From positions 141,300,001 through 141,364,000 of the forward strand of contig CM059431.1 in NCBI GenBank assembly GCA_030390025.1: a DNA stretch of 64,000 bases, read 5' to 3'. The stretch's first letter is position 1. Every line of letters begins with the position of its first letter. Below the pieces are notes generated by a model, which saw only the letters and a list, made by a program, of their open reading frames with translations, did not search any database and was not told where the DNA came from. The DNA is from Squalus acanthias. Its lineage: Eukaryota. Below are positions 41,145 to 52,800 of the stretch, piece after piece. The position numbers and the translations under genes were made by a program.

Positions 41145-42465
41145 TAGGAACATAGGCAAAGGAGGAGGCCATTCTGCAGCTACAACCTCTTACATAGGAA
41201 CAGGAGTAGGCCATTCGGCAGCTCGAGCCTGTTACACAGGAACAGGAGGAGGCGATTCTGCAGCTCGAGCCTATTACATAGGACAGGAGGAGGTTATTCT
41301 GCAGCTACAACCTCTTACATAGGACAGGAGGAGGCCATTCTGCAGCTACAACCTCTTACATAGGAACAGGAGGAGGCCATTCTGCAGCTCGATCCTGTTA
41401 CATAGGAACAGGAGGAGGCTATTCTGCAGCTCGATCCTGTTACATAGACACAAGAGGAGGCTATTCTGCAGCTCGAGTCTGTTACATAGGCACAGGAGGA
41501 GGCTATTCTGCAGCTAGAGTCTGTTACATAGACACAGGAGGAGGCTATTCTGCAGCTCGATCCTGTTACATAGGAACAGGAGGAGGCTATTCTGCAGCTC
41601 GTGTCTGTTACATAGGACAGGAGGAGGCTATTCTGCAACTCGATCATGTTACATAGGACAGGAGGAGGCTATTCTGCAGCTCGAGTCTGTTACACAGGAA
41701 CAGGAGGAGGCTATTCTGCAGCTCGAGCCTGTTACATAGGCACAGGAGGAGGCCATTCTGCAGCTCGAGTCTGTTACACAGGAACAGGAGGAGGCTATTC
41801 TGCAGCTCGAGTCTGTTACACAGGAACAGGAGAAGGCTATTCTGCAGCTCGAGCCTGTTACATAGGGACAGGAGGAGGACATTCTGCAGCTCGAGTCTGT
41901 TACATAGACACAGGAGGAGGGGCTTCTGCAGCTCGAGCCTGTCACATAGGCACAGGAGGAGGGGATTCTGCAGCTCGAGTCTGTTACATAGACACAGGAG
42001 GAGGGGATTCTGCAGCTCGAGCCTGTCACATAGGCACAGGAGGAGGGGTTTCTGCAGCTCGAGTCTGTTACATAGGAACAGGAGAAGGCCATTCTGCAGC
42101 TCGAGTCTGTTACACAGACACAGGAAAGGAATAGGTTTAGCAGGCCCTCGATAATGTTAAATAGGTACAGGAGGAGTCTGTTCATACTTTCGAGCCTGTT
42201 ACATAGGAATAGCATGATTCCATTAAATCATTCGATCCTGTTAAATAGGAACCAGACAAGGAGTTTCTTCTCCCCAGAGCCTGTTACATAGCAATATGAG
42301 GAGGCCTTTCATCCCCTCGAGGCTGTTTCATAGGAATAGGAAAATTCCATTCAGTCCCTCGAGCCTTTTACGTCGTAACAGGAGTAGGCCAATCAACCCC
42401 TCGAGCCTGTTGGTTAGGAACCAATGGAGACCATTCAGAGCCTCGCTCCTCTTACATAGGAAGAG
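41145..42465. repeat. 42-bp minisatellite, expanded copy in unit C
   Basis: Same 42-bp unit, with some 41-bp units causing frame changes. Confidence 0.95.
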
Positions 42466-42774
42466 TATCATTCGATCACCATACCCACCAAAAATCTATC
42501 GATTTCAACACACAACAGTCCCCCAATCTCATACTCATTCTCAGTATTTCCATTTATGACAGCAATTCCCTGTCAACATTGACGGATACTTTGGGAATTA
42601 TTATGAAAGGGAACACTGATCATTTCATTCCGTGCATTAGTCACATGGAAGAGACCAAACAAGTTGTGAATGAATTTAACTCTTTAATTGGATAAGGCCA
42701 CCTTGGCCCAATCAGATTAGTGGGATTGGGTTTGTCTCCGTGATTTTTTGCACCTGTGGTGTGAAAGATGTAAA

Positions 42775-43535
42775 GAAAGAAGTTCCATTGATATATCGTC
42801 ATTCCCGATCTCAGGGCGTCCCAAAGCGCTTTACTCAATGAAGTGATTTGTTTTTTTTTGGAGATGTTCAATTTTATAATGTAAGAATCGGGCCAGCCAA
42901 TTTGCTCAGAGTAAGCACCCACTATATGATAATAACTCGTTAATCTGTTTTTATTGATGCTGGCCTGCTGACTTACAGGCAAGAGTTCTACAACTGAGCC
43001 ATGGCTGTTTCCTATGGCTTGTATTCCATGGAGTTGTTCACTATAATGCTGTTTATCTGTATTTCCCCATTGAGGAAAGAATGTTATCATCAGATGAAAA
43101 TAGTGAAGATGAACTTGAGATCAAGGGTTGAATTTGGGATCTAACGTGACTAGATATGGTTCCTTAAAGATCACAAAGATTTCAAAATTAGGGAGTGCTG
43201 CACTGTCTGTGGTGCTGTCTTTCAGATGAGAAGTTATACCGAGGTCCCGTCTGCCCTCTCAGGTGGACGTCAAAGATCGCATGGCATTATTTTCTAAGAA
43301 GAGTAGGTCAGTTCTCCCCGGTGTCTTGGCCAATATTGGTCCATCAATCAACATCACTGATAAACAGTTGATCTGATAATTGTCATATTGCTGTAGTAGG
43401 ATGTTGCTGTGCGACACCGGGCTGCCTTGTTGCCTACATTAAAACAGTGACTCCATTTCAAAAGTGCTAAAACGCTTTGGGATTTCCTGAGGTTGTGAAA
43501 GGCGCTCTCTAAATTCGAGTCCTTTTTTTCTTCTT
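42775..43535. mobile_element. Partial Deu-SINE (minus, about 42775-42965) and 5'-truncated Deu-SINE (plus, about 43190-43535)
   Basis: CAGGGCGTCCCAAAGCGCTTTAC tail on the minus strand; core GTCTTTCAGATGAG…CCGAGGTCCCGTCTGCCCTCTCAGGTGGACG on the plus strand. Confidence 0.8.
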
Positions 43536-43913
43536 ATTTCGATATTTAATTTTTAGTATACAGTATCACCGACACTCTTCCACTGTAATGATAGCTTAAT
43601 CTTGTCACTCTCCGTTTCAATTCCATCTAAGCAGTTCATCAAGATGGTTTTGTTTTGCAAAGAAAAGCGAATTCTGCACGTATACATGAGGCTTCACAAT
43701 AGTTCCTCTTTGACATCTTCCATAGCTTTCGGCAAATTGTCATGACTAGTTACATTATTCCCCAAATACAGCCTTTGATCTCATGCACATTGTCAGAATT
43801 GTCATCTCATTGTGCAATTCCCTTTTCAAACGGGACTTATTGATCAATGAGATAATAAGAAACAAATCGATTTAATGCGGTTAGGAAGTGCATTGACCAA
43901 CAGGTGGCAATTC

Positions 43914-45112
43914 TTTATTATTCATTCATGGGATGTGAGCGTCACTGGTAGGTCCAGCATTTATTGCCCATCCCTAATTGCTCTTGAGAAGGTGGTGGTG
44001 AGCCATCTTCTTGATCCGCTGCAGTCCGTGTGGTGAAGGTACTTCCATAGTGCTATTAGAGAGGGGGTTCCAGGATTTTGACCCAGCGACAATGAAGGAA
44101 CGGCGATACATTTTCAAGTCAGAATGGTGTGTGACTTGGAGGAGAACATAAAGGTGTTGCTGTCCCCATGTGCTTGCTGCCCTTGTCATTCTAGGTGGTA
44201 GAGGTTGTGAATTTGGAAGGTGCTATTGAAGAAGCCTTGGCGAGTTGCAGCATTGCATCTTGTAGATGGAACACACTGCAGCCACGGTACGCCGGTGGTG
44301 GAGGGAGTGAATGTTTAAGGTGGTGGATGGGGTGCCAATCAAGCGGGCTGCTTTATCCTGGATGGGATCGAAAATCTTGAGTGCTGTTGGAGCTGCACTC
44401 ATCCAGGCAAGTGGAGAGTATTCCATCACACTCCGGACTTGCGCCTTGTAAATGGTGGCAAGGCTTTGGGGAGTCAGGATGTGAGTCAGCCCCCGCAGAA
44501 TCCCCAAACTTTGACCTGCACTTGTAGCCACTTTATTTATCTGGCAGGTCCAGCTCTGGTTAATGGTAACCCATAGGATGTTGATGGTGGGTGATCTACG
44601 ATGGTAATGCTGCTGAATGTCAAGTGGCGATGGTTAGACTATCTCTTGTTGGAGATGGTCATTGCCTGGCAGTTATGTGGCCCGAATATTACTTGCCACT
44701 TATGATCCCAAGCCTGTATATTATCCAAAAATTGTCTCACAGTAACTCTACCTGAGGAAGGGGCGACAGCTCCGAAAACTTGTAATTTTAAATAAATCTG
44801 TTGGACTATAACCTGGTGTTGTGCGACTTCTCATTTTTGTCCACCCCAGTCCAACGCCGGCATCTCCACATCATGTATATTATCCAGGTCTTGCTGCATG
44901 TTGGCGCGGACTTCTCCATTATCTGAGGAGTTGCGAATGGAACTGAACACGTTGAACATTCCTACTTCTGACCTTATGTTGGAGGGAAATTCATTGATGA
45001 AGCAGCTGTAGATGTTTGGGCCTAGGACACTGCCCTGAGGAACTCCTGCAGTGATGTTCTAGGCTGAAATGATAGGCCTCCAAAAACAACAATCATCTTC
45101 CTTTATGCTAGG
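43914..45112 (-). mobile_element. Non-LTR retrotransposon 3' fragment of a different family from the abundant CR1s (L2/Crack-like; clade tentative)
   Basis: LGILRGLTHILTPQSLATIYKAQVRSVMEYSPLAW…IQDKAARLI; (ATGA)n-type tail; related 3' end at 57725-58030. Confidence 0.75.
44728..44873 (+). mobile_element. 146-bp Penelope-like terminal-repeat insertion carrying a minimal hammerhead ribozyme core
   Basis: Exact 13-bp direct repeat TGTATATTATCCA at 44715-44727 and 44874-44886; core CTGAGGA-A-GGGGC-GACA-GCTCC-GAAA at 44752-44777, followed by AATAAA. Confidence 0.8.
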
Positions 45113-45410
45113 AACTCTTAGGAACATAGGAACAGGAGAAGGCCATTCAGGCCCTCGATCCTGTTACATAGGAACAGGAGGAGGCTATTCAGATCCTCCA
45201 TACTGTTACATAGGGACAGCAGGAGGCTTGTCATACCCTCCATACTGTTACATAGGGACAGGAGGAGCCCATTCAGGCCCTCGATCCTGCTACATAGCGA
45301 CAGCGAGAGGCTATTCAGGCCCTCCATACTGTTACATAGGAACTGGAGAATGACTTTCTGCCCCTCGAGCCTATTACATAGCAAGAGGAGCAGGCCAATT
45401 AGTCCACCAA
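45113..45410. repeat. 42-bp minisatellite, copy in unit D
   Basis: CATAGGAACAGGAGAAGGCCATTCAGGCCCTCGATCCTGTTA-type units. Confidence 0.9.
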
Positions 45411-46417
45411 TCAATTAGGTAGTTGCTGATCTGTACGTCATTTCCATATTCCCAACTTTACTACAAATACCTCGATACCCACAAAAATCTATCTATTTCA
45501 ATACCCAACAGCCCTCCCATTGATATATTTGGTACTCTTCATCAAAGTTTCATAATTGTGTACATGTGTCCAGAAATTCAGCCCATAATCTCATACTCAT
45601 GCTCAGTATTTCAATTTATGGCTGCAATTGCCTGTCAACATTGACGGTCCCTTTGGGGCAGTTCAGCTGACATCTGAATCCGCTCCCGAGATACCCCTCG
45701 CCAATTCAACCGATGAGTTTAAATGCAAAATTCCATCAATTGCTCCCTGGGACCGCTGTAGTAACTGATCAAATTGCCTTGGTGCATCACATGGTACCAG
45801 CCTCATGGCGGGATGGTTTCAGCGCTCCACACTGCAATGGAATGTTTGTTTGGATGTATGTAAAGGAATCCGCTTCTTTATTGTTTCTCGAATATGAACA
45901 AGTTATAGAACCATCCAAGGTTTCGCTTGAAGGGGCTTGTATCTGTAATTGCACCGTCCCTGCGAGGTACTCCGGCTTGACCTGGACCGCACAGTTAGAG
46001 TGTGAATGGAGGTTCAGTGCAGTGTCAGGGGCAATAGCGATTGAAATGACAATCGGGAGAGATGTATGACGGCCGGCTGATCCAATGTCGCCGGTTTTAC
46101 ATTATCTCACAAAGTTAATATCCCCCTATATCAGTGCCTGGGTGTCTGTGGTGGTGGGGATCGCTCTCCGTGTCCATTCCTGATACTGAATCCGAGCGAC
46201 CCTCCTCCCCCGCCGTCTTGACAACTTCTGAATGTAGAATGCTGGAAGAAAGGCCCTCTATAGTGAGTGTAGAATTATGCATTTCTTTTGAACAAAATAT
46301 CGACAACGCTCACCTATATTAAAAATAATAGGAACACATCTCAGCATTTCCTTACAATAAGCTGTGAGATTTATCTGTGTGTCCCCGTTACTGACCTCTT
46401 CTCCCTCTCTCTCAAAG

Positions 46418-46910
46418 CGAAGCTATTGACAATGGTGATTCTCTCCAGAGGAAACTGCGGCCTTTCCAAATGTCTCTCTCTCTACATGGTGGCCATGGCA
46501 ACAGCAGATCTACTGGTCATGATCCTCAATGTAATAGTGTATCAAAATTTGTACAAATCACTTTCCACATTCCTTCCTGTCCTACACTGCCGTTTGTAAG
46601 ATCATTATTTATATCAATTCTACCAGTCGGTGTGGTTTACAATCTTGTTCACATTGGCCGATTTGAAGCCTTATGTTGCAGAGTGAAAACTGCAGCTGTG
46701 TCCATAACAACGGTCTCTGTCCTGATCTATTTACAAAGCATTTCAGATTTGATTGCCTATTAACCTGATCGAATAATTAACAATATTCATTGAGTTATTT
46801 ACCCCGGACTGGACTATTTTACTTCGCCTGCAGGTGTCGTGTTCTCCTGGTTACAAGATATTTAAACGACGTGCATTTCTTTTGTTTTGATATTACTGTT
46901 TAATTTGTGA
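46418..46910 (+). pseudogene. GPR139-like class A GPCR pseudogene exon (about TM1 end to TM5), frameshifted and truncated
   Basis: After a pyrimidine tract and AG: (A)KLLTMVILSRGNCGLSKCLSLYMVAMATADLLVMILNVIVY, then across frameshifts HFPHSFLSYTAVCK, SVWFTILFT-GRF (DRY position), KTAAVSITTVSVL, RIINNIH*, FTSPAGVVFSWL, FVLILLFN. Several stops and deletions; first exon not found. Confidence 0.85.
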
Positions 46911-47049
46911 CCTCCCGGAATCCCAAAGGCAGCCCTTGGACAACGTCTGACTTAAGTGTGCTGGAAGGACGGCGCAATCTTAGTCCCTCGATATTGTGTG
47001 TTTAATGATTACTTTCGTTTGAAAAAATATATCGTCAATGCTCACACCT

Positions 47050-47309
47050 CACCTTTTGTTTCTTAACCTGTGCCATTACCATCTCGTCTTGCCTTGAGTA
47101 TCTCTTAAAGTCTCTACTTACCATAGGCCACCCCTTTTGTTATTTTATTCCTCCGCCCAGCCTCCCCCTTGCATTTTTATCTGTTTAATTTCCTGCTCTT
47201 CTCTCAGTTCCGACGAAGGGTTTCGACCTGCAATCTTAACTCTGTTTCTCTCTCCACCGATGTTACCTGGGCTGCTGAGTTTTTCGAGCGTTTTCTGTTG
47301 TTATTTCAG
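47050..47309 (+). mobile_element. Degenerate Penelope-like terminal-repeat remnant with a decayed hammerhead core
   Basis: CAGTTCCGACGAAGGGTTTCGACCTGCAATCTTAACTCTGTTTCTCTCTCCAC resembles the layout CTGANGA-stem-GAAAC-GTTAAC; a similar remnant lies on the minus strand near 60860-60912. Confidence 0.55.
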
Positions 47310-47323
47310 TAGAATTTAAGGCC

Positions 47324-47440
47324 TGAGTCAGGCAGCCGGCGGAGGTTTTAGTTCCATCAGTCAGAGATGTTCTGCACCCAGCTACAATCCTGAGAAGGCG
47401 CCCTGCAATCAACCACATCATCCAAACACCGCAGGTAAAT
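47324..47440 (+). promoter_or_regulatory. Candidate promoter and first non-coding exon
   Basis: AP-1 site TGAGTCA (47324-47330), GC-box-like GGCGGAG, Inr-like TCAGTC (47357), then donor CAG|GTAAAT at 47434/47435. Motif-level evidence only. Confidence 0.35.
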
Positions 47441-47447
47441 TAGAAAG

Positions 47448-48441
47448 CAGCTATTCACAATATATATTAATGATCTAGACAAGGGATCTAGATGTAATAT
47501 ATTCAAGTTTGCAGACGACACAAAGCTGGGTGGGCGTGTGTGCTGTGAGGATTATGCCGATAAAATCCAGGATGATTTGGACAGGTTGGGTGATTGGGCA
47601 GAAGCATGGCAGATGCAATATAACGTGGATAAATGCGAAGTTATCCACTTTGGTTTCAAAAACAGGAAGGCAGATTATAATCTGAATGGCAATAGATTGG
47701 GAGAAGGGGAAGTTCAACGAGACCTGGGTGTCCTTGTGCACCAGTCGCTGAAGGTAATCATGCAGGTGCAGCAGGCGTTTAAGAAGGCAAATGGTATGTT
47801 GGCCTTCGTAGCGAGATGGTTTGAGTACAGGAACAAGGATGTCTTGCTGCAGTTGTACAGGGTCTTGGTGAGACCACATCTTGAGTATCGTGTGCATTTT
47901 CGGTCGCCTTATCTGAGGAAGGAGGTTCTTGCCATGGAAGGAGTTCAGCGAAGATTCACCAGGCTGATACCTGGGATGGCAGGAATGACCTATGAGGAGA
48001 GATTGGGTCGATTGGGCTTATACTCGCTGGAGTTTAGAAAAATGAGAGGGGATCTCATTGAAACTTATAAAATTCTGACAGGACTGGACAGAATAGATGC
48101 AGGAAGGATTTTCCCGATGGTCGAGGAGTCCAGAACCAGGGGTCACAGTCTAAGGATAAGGGGTAAGCCATTTAGGACAGAAATGAGGAGGAATTTCTTC
48201 ACCCAGAGAGTGATGAACCTGTGGAATTCTCTACCACAGAAGGCAGTAGAGGCCAATTCATTAAATATATTCAAGAAGTAGTTGGATATATTTCTTAAGG
48301 CTAAAGGGATCAAGGGATATGGGGAGAAAGCAGGGATAGGGTTCTGAATTTGGATGATCAGTCATGATCGCATTGAATGGCGGAGCAGGCTAGAGAGGCC
48401 GAATGGCCTACTCCTGCTCCTATCTTCTATGTTTCTATGTT
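47448..48441 (+). mobile_element. 5'-truncated CR1 LINE
   Basis: QLFTIYINDLD…KFADDTKL and 247-aa ORF2 C-terminal ORF; TTTCTATG tail. Confidence 0.93.
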
Positions 48442-49866
48442 TTAAAGGCATGAATAATTAACCATTACATTACCGTGTCACATTCAATCTGGTGTGGTTG
48501 TGATTCCCCGTCCCCTGTTTCTAATTAATCAGTTGTTGTATTCCCTTGTGTGTCTCTATTTCTAATTAAGCCATTACTGTGTTCCCCTATGTTACTTTTA
48601 TTTTATTTCTAATTAAAAGTTCGTTGTTTCCACTTAATTATCATGTTCTCCATTTCGAATTAAACATTTACAGTGTTCCCCTAAATTCCCCTTTATTCTA
48701 TTTCTATTTATGCTTCTCGTGTTCCGCTGAATTCCCCTGTCCTCTAGTTTTAATTCTAAAGATTAGGAGCAAGTCTGTTCCATAGATAAACCGTCGCTCA
48801 TTGAAATAATGGTTCCTTGAAATTAGTTTTGAATTTACCCCACCAATCTCAGGCCATGTCCTCTGGTTTTACAGTTCTGGACAAGGTGAAACATCTCGTC
48901 ATGTTCCACATTACCTACTGGATAAAGAGCAGTGTCTCGCACATATTCAGGTTCCGGATATTCCTATGCACTTTTTTTGTTTGTCATAGGATTGTTAACA
49001 TGAAAATGGTAATTAAACTTCTGGTGCTGAAACCAGCTACAATTTAGCAGTTTCAGTGGTTTACATTGGGCCGTATTTTGTGACCTACGGGTGCGTATGA
49101 CGTGCGCAGGCGCCCGGAGGGGCCGCGCAAGTTCCGGGTTCAGGCATGCAAAGCGCATGCGATAAAAATCGGAAATTGCGATCTGTCAAGATTCCTCTTG
49201 ACAGATTGCACGCATCCCCAGGAAAAGTAGCACTGCTGGCGCAGATTTACGCTAATTGTCCAACTACTGGCCAGCAGTTACGGACGAAACTGCAACGATA
49301 GAAAAAAACAGGCAGGATGAAGACCTGGAAGTCAGGGGGCTTGGAAACGGGACTGTTTTAACTTTTAAAGTTAACAAAATTATTGGTACAAAACCTGATT
49401 TAAGTTTTTAACAGCTCTAATTTGTTAAATATTTCATTCGTTTTGGATCTAGTTCCGAGGACTGTAGGTAATTTGAAGAGGAACTTTCGCTGTGGACAAA
49501 GTAAGCATTGTATTAGATTACATTTTTTTAAACTTAAAAATGACTGTAACAAAATGATTTTGTTCACATTTACTAATGTTTAAAACAATTATGCCAGATT
49601 ATATGAATAGTTTAAATGTTAACTTTTTTATGTTGTTTATAAATTTTATGTCTGACTTTCTAAAAAATGTAACTTCCTAGAAATGGTTCTCGGGCGGTGA
49701 GATTGATCAGGCGGGTATGACGGGCGGCCGATCCGATAGCGCCCATTTTGCGCCACCTCCCGCCGTGAACTTCTACCCACTCACTTTATTATATGACGTT
49801 TACACTCTTTTCCTTTTACCCTGCATTTACTGCATCTATTTAAAGAGGAAGCCTGGAAGGAGAAAC

Positions 49867-52800
49867 ATGCCTCTTGACGATATTGCCCCGATCTTTTGTG
49901 TGATTCTGGCGCAGAAAATTATAAACGCCAGGGAACAACAAAGAAGCCTGAGGAACCATGACCGCCGCCTAATCAAGAAGCGCTACTACCTACCCCAGAG
50001 AGTGTACAGGGAGAGGCTGTCTTGTGAGATGCTGTCGGAGGAGTTGTGTGTGATTAGGCTGCGCTTTAGCAAAGAGGCAATTGGTCGACTATGTGACATG
50101 TTAAAGGACGGCCTTTAAACACGCTCGAAGACCCGCTCTGCCTTGTCAGTGTCGATGAAGGGAATTACATCACTGAACTTCTTTGCATGTGGGTCAATTG
50201 AGTCAGGCACTGGTGACATTTCAAACATCACCCAGAGCGCTCGAGGGCCTGCTTTTACCAGTTCACAAATACCATATTCTGCAGGGTCTCTGAGTTCATA
50301 GACTACGACTTGTCCACTCGGCATCAAAAAGGGAGGTCCCTTGCATTTGACAGGATTGCCGGCTTCCCCAAAGTGATTGGGGCCGTCGATGGAAACCATG
50401 TTGCATTGAAGGCACCAATTGATGCGCCAGTGACATACATCAACAGGAAGGGGTTTCATTCATTCAATATAATTGTAATCTGTGATAAGAACGTAAGAAA
50501 AAAAGAGCAGGAGTAGGCCATACGGCCCCTCGTGCCTGCTCTGCCATTCAATAAGATCATGGCTGATCATTGACCTCAACTTCACTTTCCCGCCCGATCT
50601 CCTTATCCCTAGATTCCCCCAGAGTCCAAAAATCTATCTATCTCAGCCTTGAATATAATCAAAGACTCAGCATTCATAGCCCTCTGGGGCAGAGACTTCC
50701 AAAGATTCACAACCCTCTGAGTGAAGAAATTCCTCCTCATCTCAGTCTTAAATGGCCGACACCTTACCCTGAGACTATGCCCCCTAGTTCTAGACACTCC
50801 AGCCGGGGGAAACAGCTTCAGCATCTACCCTGTCAATCCCCTTCAGAATATTTTATGTTTCAGTGAGATCACCTCTCATTCTTCTAAACTCCAGAGAGTA
50901 TCGGCCCATTCTACATAAGCTCTCATGATAGAACAGCCTTCTCATCACAGGAATCAATCTAGTGAACCTTCGTTGCACCGCCTGCAAGGCAAGTATATCC
51001 TTCCTTACAGAAGGAGGTCAAAATTGTGCACAGTTCTCCAGGTGTGCTCTCACCAAGGCCCTGTAAAATTGTAGCAAGACTTCCTTACTCTTATACTCCA
51101 ACCCCATTTCAATAAAGGCCAACATGATATTTGCCTTTCTTATTGCTTGCTGTAGCTGCATGCTAGCTTTCCGTGTTTCTTGCATAAGGACACCCAAATC
51201 TCACTGAACACCAACATTTGAACATTTCTCTCCATTTAAAAAATATTCTGTTTTTCTATTCTTCCTACCAAAGTGAATAACCTCACATTTCCCTACATTA
51301 TACTCCATCTGCCATCTTACTGCCCACTCACTTAGTCTATCTATATCCCTTTGCAGACTCTTTGTGTTCTCCACAGCTTACTGTCCCACTTAGCTTTGTA
51401 TCATCAGCAAACTTGGATACATTACAGTCGGTCCCTTCATCTAGTTCATTAATATAGATTGTAAATAGCTGAGCTCACAACACTGATCCTTGCAGCACAC
51501 CACTAGTTACAGCCTGCCAACCAAAAGATCCGGTTGTCCCTACTCTCTGTTTTCTGTCCGTTAACCATTCCTCTATCCATGCTACTATGTTACCCACACC
51601 CCATGAGCCCTAATCTTGTTTAATAATCTTTTCTTTGGCACCTTATCGAATGCCTTTTGGAAATCCAAATATACTACATCCACTGGTTCCCCTTTATCTA
51701 TCCTGCTAGTTACATTTCAGAAAACTCTAATAAATTTGTCAAACACAATTTCCCTTTCATAAAACCATGTTGACTCTGCCTAATCATGTTATGATTTTCT
51801 AAGTGACTTGATACCACTTCCTTAACAATTGATTCCAGCATTTTCCCGACGACTGATGTCAGGCTAACTGGCCTGTAGTTCCCTGCTTTTTTCTCTCCCT
51901 CCTTACTTGAATAGCGGTGTTACATTTGCAACCTTCAAATCTGCTGGGACCATTCCAGAATCTAGGGAGTTTTGGAAGATTAAAATCAATGCATCCACTA
52001 TCTCTTCAGCCACCTCTTTTAGAACCCTAGGATGTAGGCCGTCAGGTCCGGGGGATTTGTCGGCTTTTATTCCCATTAGTTTCTCTAGTACTTCTTTTCT
52101 ACATATATTAATAATGTTAAGTTCGTCACACTCATTAGACCCTTGGTTCGCCAACATTTTTGTTATGCTTTTTGTGTCTTCTACTGTGAAGACAAATACA
52201 AAATATTTTTTTAACGTTTCTTCCATTTCCTTATTCCCCATAATAAATTTTCCTGTCTCAGCATCTAAGGGATCAACGTTTACTTTTGCTGCTCTTTTCC
52301 TTTTTACATATTTGTAGAAACTCTTACAATCTGCTCATATTTCTCGTAGTTTTCTCTCATTTTCTATTTTTTCCCTTTTTATCAATTTTTTGGTCAACCT
52401 TTACTGGTTTCTGAAACTCTCCCAATCCACAGTCTTACTATTATTCTTTGCAGCATTATACGCTTCTTCTTTCAATCTAATGCTATCCTTAACTTCGTTA
52501 GTTAGCCACCGTGGATCCCTTTTCCCGTGGAATTTTTGTTTCGCAATGGAATGTATTTTTGTTGAGAATGATGAAATATTTATTTAAATGCTAGCCACTG
52601 CTTTCTATCGCCATACCTTTTAATCTATTTTTCCAATCTACCTTAGCCAACTCGCCCCTTATAGCTATGTAATTGGCTTTATTTAAGTTTAAGACTCTAG
52701 TTTCGGACTTAGGCAAGTCATCCTCAAAATTAATGTAAAATTCTATCATATTATGATCATTCTGCACCAACTGATCCTTTACTATGAGATTGCTAATTAA

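Larger units (their letters stand above)
27986..45657. repeat. Tandem segmental duplication with 4 units: A 27986-33055, B 33056-40213, C 40214-43535, D 43536-45657 (partial, interrupted)
   Basis: The same order of block X (…ATCACCAA…CTCCCACTG…GCAGAATCTGCACG…), 42-bp minisatellite and block Y recurs four times; A and B also share CR1/SINE/SINE/CR1 with matching junctions. Confidence 0.92.

Noticed and set aside
33904..42215. Leu/Cys-rich 299-aa and related periodic ORFs as LRR or metallothionein-like proteins
   Set aside because: They are translations of the 42-bp minisatellite, open in several frames on both strands and frameshifted between copies.
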